IMG/VR virus record: IMGVR_UViG_3300017917_003388
Coordinates: 64,001 to 128,000 of that record
DNA from: a virus
Strand: one strand, 5' to 3'
DNA length: 64,000 nt
Below are positions 18,820-27,449 of this stretch, piece after piece. Each line of letters starts with the position of its first letter. The first letter of the stretch is position 1. Under the pieces are notes generated by a model. The model had not been told where the DNA came from and did no database searches. It saw nothing but the letters and a program-made list of their open reading frames with translations. The translations under genes were made by a program, and so were the position numbers.

Positions 18820-19851
18820 TTATTTATAATTATAAGATGCCTTTTTACCTATATTGATTACCTCATCTTGTTTTCTATTTTGTAAAGCTATATATTCTGA
18901 GGTTGATGTTATTTCTGATTTTAATTTGTAAAAATATTGACCTATTGTATTTTTATTTGCGTAAAGATCTATTATTTCAATGGGGGTTAGGTTTGTATCT
19001 TCATTATTTACTAAATTCGATGGATTATTTATACCATTTATTAAAGCGTTTACTTTAAATGATTCTACCACATCTCCTATACTTACTAAATTTAAAGTAA
19101 TATCATAACTACCATCAGGTAAAAATGACCATTGAAAATTAGATACTTTAGCAAACATAGCATCATAATTTCCATTACTTTTAATTCTTTGTTCTTGGAT
19201 TAAATCCAAAAATTTATCATAAGTTAAATATACAAAAGGACCTGGTTTTTTCCCCTCTAAAAAATAATCTGCTAAACTATTGTTAATATCTGAACCTCTA
19301 TTTAGAGTTCCAGTATTATCATAATACATTGAATGACCCCATTCTAATAACACATTGAATCCTAATCTTAAATATAGAATATCTATAATATCAAATTGAA
19401 TTTTATTAAATGCTTTAATTTTTACAATTGCTCTACGTATTGAACCTCTATTTTCATGTTTTACTTCAACAGATTGTATACCCATCATTGGTACTAATCC
19501 ATATTCATTTCCCCCTATTCCATATACTGCGTTTTCACCTAATATTGAATTATTCAATGATAAACCATGTCTTTGATTAGAAGGAGACTCATTAGTACCA
19601 TTAAATAATACAAATTGTTTAGCTAAACTATTTTTTCTGTCTATTTTTAATTTATTTAAAGATGTATTAATTAAATTAGAAGTAGAAACAACATCTACAG
19701 ATGATACTAGTTTACACCATGATGTATTACTATTTAAATACGATATTTCATCAAGATTTCTTCTTTCTATATATCCTGAACCATATATTTTTTGTCGTTG
19801 TTTTATTTGTTCTATAATGGTTTCATTAAATCCTTCACCTACTATATTCAT
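18820..19851 (-). CDS. putative baseplate hub protein (N-terminal part)
   Basis: position after the LysM/gp53-like gene; YLRLGFNVLLEWG and NFQWSF..DGSYDITL motifs. Confidence 0.55.
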   Translation of the reverse strand: MNIVGEGFNETIIEQIKQRQKIYGSGYIERRNLDEISYLNSNTSWCKLVSSVDVVSTSNLINTSLNKLKIDRKNSLAKQFVLFNGTNESPSNQRHGLSLNNSILGENAVYGIGGNEYGLVPMMGIQSVEVKHENRGSIRRAIVKIKAFNKIQFDIIDILYLRLGFNVLLEWGHSMYYDNTGTLNRGSDINNSLADYFLEGKKPGPFVYLTYDKFLDLIQEQRIKSNGNYDAMFAKVSNFQWSFLPDGSYDITLNLVSIGDVVESFKVNALINGINNPSNLVNNEDTNLTPIEIIDLYANKNTIGQYFYKLKSEITSTSEYIALQNRKQDEVINIGKKASYNYK

Positions 19852-19861
19852 AACTTTATTT

Positions 19862-20188
19862 TTATGCGTTATTTATTCTTCTAAATTCAGATACAACATT
19901 TGGGTAATTAGCTGGGATTCTAATCTGACATGCTTCTGGGATTATGAGTGAATCTTGGGGAAAATCAGATGGTAATGAAGTACCAGCTATCGCTGTATTA
20001 GCAATAGATATAACCCACCATAATGATTGATCTTTATAATATTGTAAAGATAAAGTATCAAATCTATCTCCTTGAGATGAATATACATATTCATCATTTT
20101 CTGAAAGTGGAACCTCAGGATAACGAGATGTTTGATATATTAATTTATTATCTATTTTTATAAGGGGTATTGATTGATATCTATTCAT
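19862..20188 (-). CDS. LysM-like baseplate wedge protein (gp53 / P2 gpX-like)
   Basis: GDRFDTLSLQYYKDQSLWWVISIAN...IRIP. Confidence 0.75.
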   Translation of the reverse strand: MNRYQSIPLIKIDNKLIYQTSRYPEVPLSENDEYVYSSQGDRFDTLSLQYYKDQSLWWVISIANTAIAGTSLPSDFPQDSLIIPEACQIRIPANYPNVVSEFRRINNA

Positions 20189-20197
20189 ATAAAAAAT

Positions 20198-22201
20198 TTA
20201 TTTAAAAGGAACAGGCCATGGATCATTATAATTATTATTTATTGCTTGTAATGATATATATTTTTCATTTACATTAACATCACCATTTCCTATAACTTTT
20301 CTAGGTACAAATTGATGAATAGGGATAAAGTTAAAACCTTTTACTCTAACAATATGTGGTAATTCTTTAACCGAATCATCTGATATTCCTTCTTCATTTA
20401 TACCTATTTCCCAAGTGTCATTTTCATCATTCATTTCATATGTAAATCCAGTAATTATCCCTGGTTGTTCATATAAATACCCCCCTATAGTTAACGTTAT
20501 TATATTTCCTCTCATATATCCATTAGCACTGTAATCTGGGGCACAAACTGAAGCTAGATAATTTAATTTTTTATACATAGGTATAAGCTCAATTTTAGAT
20601 TGAGCCGCTACTGTCCAAGATAATGAAATTTTTCTATCAAACAACTTATATTTATATAAATTTTCTCCTCTTCCAATATATTGATTAGTATTATATTCTG
20701 ATATATATTGATCTGAAATTTGGTCTAGAAATGCTCTAAAATGAATATATTTTTTACTCTGAGCATCTATATCATATACTCCGATTCTAAATTTAACTAA
20801 GTCATTTCCTATATTATCTGGATTTACTCCTTCTACTTGACTATCATATATTCTAATTGTGTTTATTTTGTCAAAAGAATTAAATGAAGCTGCTCCTGAA
20901 AATCCTCCACTAACATAAGAATCTAGGTTTTTACCAGATTTATATCCTGGATCACCTAATTTTACTCTTTGTTCTATATTTTTAAAATTATAGTCAGGAG
21001 CGTTAGATAAATTACCTATTTCTTTGGATAGATTTTTTTGATATTGAGTTAGATCAATATTATTTCTAATTATTTTTCTAAAATCTGAGGGTAATATAGG
21101 ACCTTGACTGTATAATTCTTCACTTCTAACACTACCTATTAAATTTTGATCATATGTTATAATTCCTTTTTCATAAGTTAAATTGGAAATTACATTTTTA
21201 TCCACAAAATCAGATAATGTAGAATCAGGAATGTTTAATTGTCCTACATTTCGAATATTACTATCTATCTCTCCTTCATTTGTAAATCCATTAGATTTAG
21301 AAGTAATAGGTATTACTGATGGAAAGTAATTATTATATTTATTACTTAATCCTAGTAATTTATTACCATTTATATATACTAATGGACGTTTAAATACAGA
21401 GTAATCTAAACTATATGTAACACTATCTACATTTTGAGGACCAAATTCACCATCATTATTCAATGAATATGATGTTTTAAAAAATCCTGAATTTTTTAGG
21501 TTTAAATTATTTAGACCTGTTCTTTGATCAGCAAATCTGATATTTGTTTTTCCTATACCCAGTTCAGAATCTGGTCCTCCAGGATATGACAATAATATAT
21601 TTTCATCAGGTGATATATTACTAATTTTAGCAAAATTATTACCTATAGAATCATATGAACCTGATATTTTAGATTGTTGTAATGCTACTAATCTATTTTT
21701 TAATATACCATCAGGAGAATTAGAAGCATCTTCATTATAAAGACGCATTCTAACAGCATATAAATTATCATTATTAGAATAAGGACCTGTTTCTTCAAAT
21801 GGATTTATTCCTTGTTTATTCAAATGAAGTCCAAATGCACTTACTCCTATTTGTGCTAAAGTATTTAATGGTGTGTATATACCTTCATTTAAAATTCCAC
21901 TAGTCTGTGTTTTAACTGCTGTTCTAGAAAGTAAATTTTGTTTTGCAGTAAATAAAAGACCACTTGGGTTTTTAAAATCTGTAAAATATTTTGTTAACCT
22001 TGCTATGTCATTTATTGTAGCTAAAGGAGCACCAACTGGTCCTCCACGTAAAATAAAATCATTCCCTAAAAAATCATAAACTGAAGGAAGGTCGAGATCT
22101 AATGGCTTTTGAATATAAGGCTGATTAGAAGACCCACCTCCAGGTTGATCTTTTCCAAATTTAAGAGATGTAAGGTTTGATTTTAAATTAATTAATGGCA
22201 T
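20198..22201 (-). CDS. putative baseplate/tail-tube initiator protein
   Basis: C-terminal FRAFLD...YIGRGE..Y.Y..FDRKISLSW...TIGGYL..QPGII tube-initiator-like domain; after the tape measure gene. Confidence 0.55.
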   Translation of the reverse strand: MPLINLKSNLTSLKFGKDQPGGGSSNQPYIQKPLDLDLPSVYDFLGNDFILRGGPVGAPLATINDIARLTKYFTDFKNPSGLLFTAKQNLLSRTAVKTQTSGILNEGIYTPLNTLAQIGVSAFGLHLNKQGINPFEETGPYSNNDNLYAVRMRLYNEDASNSPDGILKNRLVALQQSKISGSYDSIGNNFAKISNISPDENILLSYPGGPDSELGIGKTNIRFADQRTGLNNLNLKNSGFFKTSYSLNNDGEFGPQNVDSVTYSLDYSVFKRPLVYINGNKLLGLSNKYNNYFPSVIPITSKSNGFTNEGEIDSNIRNVGQLNIPDSTLSDFVDKNVISNLTYEKGIITYDQNLIGSVRSEELYSQGPILPSDFRKIIRNNIDLTQYQKNLSKEIGNLSNAPDYNFKNIEQRVKLGDPGYKSGKNLDSYVSGGFSGAASFNSFDKINTIRIYDSQVEGVNPDNIGNDLVKFRIGVYDIDAQSKKYIHFRAFLDQISDQYISEYNTNQYIGRGENLYKYKLFDRKISLSWTVAAQSKIELIPMYKKLNYLASVCAPDYSANGYMRGNIITLTIGGYLYEQPGIITGFTYEMNDENDTWEIGINEEGISDDSVKELPHIVRVKGFNFIPIHQFVPRKVIGNGDVNVNEKYISLQAINNNYNDPWPVPFK

Positions 22202-22527
22202 TAACCTGGAAAGTTATTTAGGTATTGTCCTTGTGAAAAACTATCATTTATTGAAGGAATATTAGGGTCACTTAATGGACCTAATGGAACATCACCATTT
22301 ATATCTAACAATGATGGTTGAGGTAAAAAATTACCATATCCATCATTATATGATTGATATGCATCATTTACTTCTCCAAATTCAGAACCATCTAATGAAT
22401 ACCCAGGAGCATTCCCATTGGCATGTAATTTAGATTGAGCAGTAGCACCAGGATTTATAGAAGGAGTTTCTCCATTACCATATGAAAATGGTGATCCTTG
22501 ATTAATTAATTTGTTTAAAAGTCCCAT
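22201..22527 (-). CDS. hypothetical virion protein
   Basis: intact ORF with its own ATATTTATA motif in the tail module. Confidence 0.6.
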   Translation of the reverse strand: MGLLNKLINQGSPFSYGNGETPSINPGATAQSKLHANGNAPGYSLDGSEFGEVNDAYQSYNDGYGNFLPQPSLLDINGDVPLGPLSDPNIPSINDSFSQGQYLNNFPG

Positions 22528-22557
22528 GTTTGAATTTTTTATTATAAATATCTGATA

Positions 22558-24876
22558 TTATTGAATTTTATAAGTATTCATGGCAATAGATGTACCAAAT
22601 CTAGTACCATCAACTGAATTTTCAATTGTTATTGGTTTATTAATGTATCTAGATTGTTCTTGTCTTAATAATTTTATTTCATCTAATAATGGATTCATAT
22701 CTATATTAACTACGGGAGATGGTTTATTGTTTTTCCCCAAATTAGTTCCTGCAATTATTGTGTCTTCATTATTTAATGATATAGATCCTTTAGGAGTAAG
22801 TAAAGTTCTATTTCCATATCCCCCTTCAGATACCATATCATCTGCTTTTATTTGGTTTTGACTAGATACAATCATAGCCATCATTCCTGCTGTTGCAGCT
22901 GCTGCTATGCCTAATCCTACTGGGCCAAGAATAGCGCTACCAAAGAATATACTAGAAATAGCGGTTGCTATACTTTTTACAGCTAAACCGGTAATTACTG
23001 TTTGTAATGCTAATAAACCAACTTTAGTTTCAAGTATTTTAGATACTATAGATGAAAATGCATTTATTATAGGTAATATAGGTTGAATTAAACCAACAAA
23101 TGCTTCTTTTAATTTATCTACAGTCATCAACATTTTTTCTTGAATTGATTGTTGTTTTAATTGAGTAGCATATTGTTCATCTCCTAGCATTGTAACTGCT
23201 TTATCATATCCATATTTATCTACTAATATATCAAATTGTTTTTTAGCAGATTCAGCATCTTTAACTCCTATCTTAGATAATGCTTCTCTTTCAATTAATG
23301 AAGCAGCTAATTCTTCTCGACTCATACCTACAGCTTTAGCTAATGCTTCTTGTTGAATACGATTCATTTTAGTAAATTCAGATGAACCCTTTACTTGTTT
23401 CAAAATTTCAGCACTTGCTCCAGCTATATCACCATTTATTGCTAATAATCTAGCTCTTTCTAAATTCAAATTTTTACCAGTGATTAATTCAGCTGATAAT
23501 TCATTAGTTATTGATGATTCAAAATTTAATAAATTTTCTGCTATTTTATCAGCTTGATCTAAATTAATACCAAATTGTTTTGCTTGAAAAGCAGATTCAG
23601 CTAATCCTTTAGTTGTTCCACCAACTGATAATTTAATAGCAGCAGAAGTATTGGCTACTTCTTTTAACAATTGTTTTTCATTTATTGTTAATTTATTCTG
23701 CGCATTTAAAGCTGCTACTGTACCTAAAAATTGTTTAGTATTATCTTTTAAATTACCACCAGTTGATAGTGTTAATTTTTGTATACCAATTAATTCTTCA
23801 TTGGTATAACCAGCCATTTCTCTTAATTCAGTAAATGTTTCTAAATCTGCCCTATTTAAAACAGCATTAGACCCTAATGATTTACCTACAGCAACTAATG
23901 TTTCTTGTAAAGTTTTACTATTTAATGCTATATTGTTAGAATCAATACTAGATTTAGATAATTCATTTCTTAAATTAGAAGCTTGATTATATGTTAAATT
24001 AAAATCTTTAGCTAAATCCCCAGTAAGTTTATCTATTCCTATAAGAATATTTAAACCTTCTTTTAATAATGTTAAAGGACCAAAAGCTTTAATCAATAAT
24101 GGTCCTAATTCTTTAAGTCCAGCCATTATTGGGTTCATAGATTTTTCAGCGGCTGATGTAATACCTAAAGTTCTTGCCCTTGCAGCTGCTGCTGCTCCCA
24201 TTAATGTATTACCATTTCTATCTACTAAACCAAGTTGTTTAGCAAATTCTGCTGTTAATCCTCTCCCTGTTTTTAAACTTTGTAATTGAGCTTTAGTTAT
24301 ACCATTAGCATTCCCAAATGTTATCTGATTTTGAGTTGCCATTTTTTCAGCTGCTTGAGCTGCATCTTTAAATACACTTGAAAATCTATTTAAACCTGGA
24401 AGTTTAGAAGTTATATCTGATATTGCACCGAATATTTTGGTTCCTATATTTTCACTTATAGGTTTTAATTCATCTGATAATCTTCGAGTATTACTTATTA
24501 ATTCTTCTGAATTAAATATTAGATCATTATATGAATCTATTATTGATAATAAGGCTAATTTTTCAGCTCTAGTAGCTAATGGTAGTCTTTGTAGTAAAAT
24601 ATCTCTTTGACGAGTTAAACCTACTAATTCTTTTTGGACCTGATTTAGTTGAGTTTCTAATTTTAATCTATCTTTATAATTAGATAATGATTGTTTATTA
24701 GTTTTGGATAATTCTTCAGTTAATTTTTTAGTTTTAGAAATAGAAGGATCAAACCCCTTAGCAGCATCACCAGTAAGTTGTGCTAATAACTTAGCGTTAT
24801 TTTTAATTTGTTCTTGTAATGTTTCAAATGCTGATTTCAGTTCAGCAGCTGACTGACCTAAATTATCTAAATCCAT
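22558..24876 (-). CDS. tape measure protein
   Basis: long Ala/Leu-rich helical protein with hydrophobic segments, directly after the tail chaperone genes. Confidence 0.8.
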   Translation of the reverse strand: MDLDNLGQSAAELKSAFETLQEQIKNNAKLLAQLTGDAAKGFDPSISKTKKLTEELSKTNKQSLSNYKDRLKLETQLNQVQKELVGLTRQRDILLQRLPLATRAEKLALLSIIDSYNDLIFNSEELISNTRRLSDELKPISENIGTKIFGAISDITSKLPGLNRFSSVFKDAAQAAEKMATQNQITFGNANGITKAQLQSLKTGRGLTAEFAKQLGLVDRNGNTLMGAAAAARARTLGITSAAEKSMNPIMAGLKELGPLLIKAFGPLTLLKEGLNILIGIDKLTGDLAKDFNLTYNQASNLRNELSKSSIDSNNIALNSKTLQETLVAVGKSLGSNAVLNRADLETFTELREMAGYTNEELIGIQKLTLSTGGNLKDNTKQFLGTVAALNAQNKLTINEKQLLKEVANTSAAIKLSVGGTTKGLAESAFQAKQFGINLDQADKIAENLLNFESSITNELSAELITGKNLNLERARLLAINGDIAGASAEILKQVKGSSEFTKMNRIQQEALAKAVGMSREELAASLIEREALSKIGVKDAESAKKQFDILVDKYGYDKAVTMLGDEQYATQLKQQSIQEKMLMTVDKLKEAFVGLIQPILPIINAFSSIVSKILETKVGLLALQTVITGLAVKSIATAISSIFFGSAILGPVGLGIAAAATAGMMAMIVSSQNQIKADDMVSEGGYGNRTLLTPKGSISLNNEDTIIAGTNLGKNNKPSPVVNIDMNPLLDEIKLLRQEQSRYINKPITIENSVDGTRFGTSIAMNTYKIQ

Positions 24877-24900
24877 TATTTATATTTAATTATAAATATT

Positions 24901-25194
24901 CTAATATTTAACCTTTTTTGATTTTGATAATTCACTCCAAGCTTGATGATTTATTTCCCCAGATGATTCCATAAGGATTGATTTAGATTTATTAGATTTA
25001 GAATTCAAATTTTCAATTTGTTCTGCTTCTTTTCTATAAAAATCATTTATTTTACTAAAAGTAAATTGACGTAACCATCTAGGCATGTTATATACCGTTT
25101 CCCAATCATATCCTCCTTTTCCATGAAAACAAATTTCATGAATTTGAGTAAATAGATTTGCTCTTACTACATCAACGTTTTTAGAATTCAGGCC
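24901..25194 (-). CDS. tail-assembly chaperone extension (GT-like), probably reached by +1 frameshift
   Basis: open frame +1 to the upstream chaperone across AGA TTT TTT TGG; NLFTQIHEICFHGKGGYDWETVYNMP.WLR; no convincing independent start. Confidence 0.65.
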   Translation of the reverse strand, partial: GLNSKNVDVVRANLFTQIHEICFHGKGGYDWETVYNMPRWLRQFTFSKINDFYRKEAEQIENLNSKSNKSKSILMESSGEINHQAWSELSKSKKVKY

Positions 25195-25900
25195 AAAAAA
25201 ATCTAATCCCAATTGGGATATCGACTCTATTTTCATAACCATCGGGAAAAAAAGTAAGATCAACATCTGGTTGAACTTCTTTTATATATTTTCTTAATTC
25301 TTTAGAATCTCGAGCTAATAAATGATTATCTACAAATTCTCGAATTGTTTTTGTTTCTCGATCTCCATTAACTGAAGTAATCATATATTTCAGACGAGTG
25401 GATAATTCAGGAGATAATGTCTTATTAATTTTTTTTAACCCATCTAATTCTGCTTGAATTTTTTTTTCATCACCATGAGTTAAAATTTTAAAAGTAATTT
25501 CAGTTCCTGTTGATGGTAAAGTATATCTAAATTCATTTGAACCTTTATTATGATATTCAAACGGTTTGTTATTTATCTGACTTAAATCTACAGTATATTC
25601 TTGTCCATCATATTCAAATGAATAATCTTTACCATACCCTAAAATACGCGCAGCAACCATTATTGCATTTTTATCTCCTATAATTAAATCATCATAATTT
25701 ATTTTAGAAACAATAAGAGATTGTAATAATTTATCTAAAACTGTACCATTTTCAATATATGACTTATTTGTAAGTATATCTTCATGCTTAGCAGTCATGT
25801 ATCTCATTTCTATAACTCCTTTAGATAAAGGATTATCTAATGAATATAATAAACCTTTTGATGGTAATTCTATTTCTTCAGTTGCAAATTCTTTTTCCAT
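25181..25900 (-). CDS. gp26-like baseplate hub assembly / tail assembly chaperone
   Basis: IELPSKG..Y, MTAKHEDIL, DLIIGDKNAIMVAARILGYG, C-terminal FFWP. Confidence 0.8.
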   Translation of the reverse strand: MEKEFATEEIELPSKGLLYSLDNPLSKGVIEMRYMTAKHEDILTNKSYIENGTVLDKLLQSLIVSKINYDDLIIGDKNAIMVAARILGYGKDYSFEYDGQEYTVDLSQINNKPFEYHNKGSNEFRYTLPSTGTEITFKILTHGDEKKIQAELDGLKKINKTLSPELSTRLKYMITSVNGDRETKTIREFVDNHLLARDSKELRKYIKEVQPDVDLTFFPDGYENRVDIPIGIRFFWPEF

Positions 25901-25940
25901 AAATTTTATTTAATGTAACTTATTTTATTATAAATATAAT

Positions 25941-25975
25941 AAAAAAAAGAAACTCATCAAGTTTAAATGAGTTCT
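25941..25975 (-). terminator. intrinsic terminator after the HEG, overlapping a CTTG-N19-TATATTTA promoter
   Basis: GAACUCAU...AUGAGUUUC stem followed by U8. Confidence 0.55.
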
Positions 25976-26799
25976 CGTTTAAGTATTTCTATAATTTGTT
26001 GAGGATTATTTTTTATATCATTTTCCCAAAATCTAAGTAATTTAAAATCATTATCTTGAGCCCATTGATTTTTTTGTTGATCACGTTTAAGATTTTTTTC
26101 TTGAGTTTTACATATTGGACCATCTGGATATTTTATGGGATTACAATGGTAAAAATCTCCATCTACTTCAATAATAGTATTATATTTAGGTAAATAAAAA
26201 TCATAGAATGCTTTAATTTGTTTAACATAATATGAACGTATATTTTCTATATTTAATTTATCTAAAAAATTTTTTTGAAACTTATATTCTAATTTGGAAA
26301 TGTGTAATTTATCTTCTTTTACAATTCGGTTTATAGCCGAGTTGCTCATTTTTTCTTTGGTCTTTTTTGAGTGTTTTCTTCCTATACCAAATCCTTCAGG
26401 TTTGGGTTTAGGTATTCCTTTAGCTCCTTTAGATATATTTTTTCCTAAAGTTGGTTGTTTTCTATTTTCTTTAACAGCATTTCTGATATAATCATATTCA
26501 CCTGATTCGAATTTAGCTTTACGAGTTGATTTAATTTTATTTACTCTATCTGGATTGTTCCAATCACCCCAATGTCCTTCTTTTCTTGAATTATGACCTA
26601 CTATAAATTCAAAAAAATCCCCGTTTTTAGGATTATAATTTGTGAAAGACTTACAACCACATTCACATAACGGATTTTTCCCGTTATATTTAGTTTGGAT
26701 AAGATATTCTGGAAATTTTAGTTTATGGATAAAAGAAGTATGTTTACTTAACTTTTGTTGTTTATCGGTTTCGTAATCACATAGTTGACATTTAAGCAT
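25963..26799 (-). CDS. homing endonuclease, Vsr/DUF559-like PD-(D/E)xK with Zn-finger and NUMOD3
   Basis: CQLC...H...H, CECGC, HSKKTKEKMS, YDFYLP...IEVDGDFYH...RDQQKN...LLRFWE. Confidence 0.85.
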   Translation of the reverse strand: MLKCQLCDYETDKQQKLSKHTSFIHKLKFPEYLIQTKYNGKNPLCECGCKSFTNYNPKNGDFFEFIVGHNSRKEGHWGDWNNPDRVNKIKSTRKAKFESGEYDYIRNAVKENRKQPTLGKNISKGAKGIPKPKPEGFGIGRKHSKKTKEKMSNSAINRIVKEDKLHISKLEYKFQKNFLDKLNIENIRSYYVKQIKAFYDFYLPKYNTIIEVDGDFYHCNPIKYPDGPICKTQEKNLKRDQQKNQWAQDNDFKLLRFWENDIKNNPQQIIEILKRELI

Positions 26800-26802
26800 A
26801 AA

Positions 26803-26841
26803 GAATTCCTTTCGTTTATTATAAATATTCGAAAGGAATTC
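26803..26841 (-). promoter_or_regulatory. 12-bp hairpin occluding the HEG start region, with the promoter motif in its loop
   Basis: perfect inverted repeat GAATTCCTTTCG/CGAAAGGAATTC flanking ATATTTATAATAA, ending 3 nt before the ATG. Confidence 0.75.
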
Positions 26842-26870
26842 AAAATCGACTTGGACTGTTGTTTTTTTAA

Positions 26871-27359
26871 CTAAAAGTTCAAAATTGCGTAATCTAGTCC
26901 CAAGTTAACTGTGATTTCTTGTGCTGCTGCTTCATCATCCCAACTATAATCACCAAATTTAGCAGATTTAATAAATGCACCTTTGATAATCCATTCTGAA
27001 ATGATATCTCCTACAGGTCCCAAGATGTTAATAGTTACATCTTTTTTATAAAAATCTGAATAACCATCACGGCCTGTAACAGATTCGTGATGTAAACGTA
27101 CCCATTCCATTACAGCCTGAGCACCTGATGGTGTGATAGGATCAAATAGTGTCATTTCAATATCATCCCATAATGCTTTACCCTTGATTTTACGATAAAC
27201 ATTGATATGATTTAATTTTATTTCATCCATAGTAACCCCAACAGGGCTTACTTTTTTAATTGTATATGAAGGAATACCATCTACATACATAATAAAACGA
27301 TTTTTAACTTTCGGTTCAAATGCAGTAAAAAATATTTCATTCGGTGATAAAATTGCCAT
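26871..27359 (-). CDS. tail tube protein (gp19-like)
   Basis: FEPKVKNRF, WDDIEMTLFDPITPSGAQAVMEW, GPVGD..SEW..KGAF; follows the sheath gene. Confidence 0.9.
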   Translation of the reverse strand: MAILSPNEIFFTAFEPKVKNRFIMYVDGIPSYTIKKVSPVGVTMDEIKLNHINVYRKIKGKALWDDIEMTLFDPITPSGAQAVMEWVRLHHESVTGRDGYSDFYKKDVTINILGPVGDIISEWIIKGAFIKSAKFGDYSWDDEAAAQEITVNLGLDYAILNF

Positions 27360-27377
27360 TTTCTTTTAATTTTTATT

Positions 27378-27390
27378 TTATTATAAATAT
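27378..27390 (-). promoter_or_regulatory. recurrent late-promoter-like motif ATATTTATAATAA (representative copy, tail tube gene)
   Basis: same or near-same motif at about 78, 2317, 3721, 9805, 22539, 24887, 25925, 26816, 29575, 32400, 36933, 38337, 41218, 45108, 50172, 52747, 57802, 58511 and 61218, each in the 5' region of a minus-strand gene. Confidence 0.75.
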
Positions 27391-27400
27391 GTAATGTTTT

Positions 27401-27435
27401 AAAAAATCTTCCCCCCATTTTCATAGGGAGAAGAT
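27401..27435 (-). terminator. intrinsic terminator after the sheath gene
   Basis: AUCUUCUCCC...GGGGGAAGAU stem followed by a U-run. Confidence 0.65.
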
Positions 27436-27449
27436 ATTTTCATTTTTAT

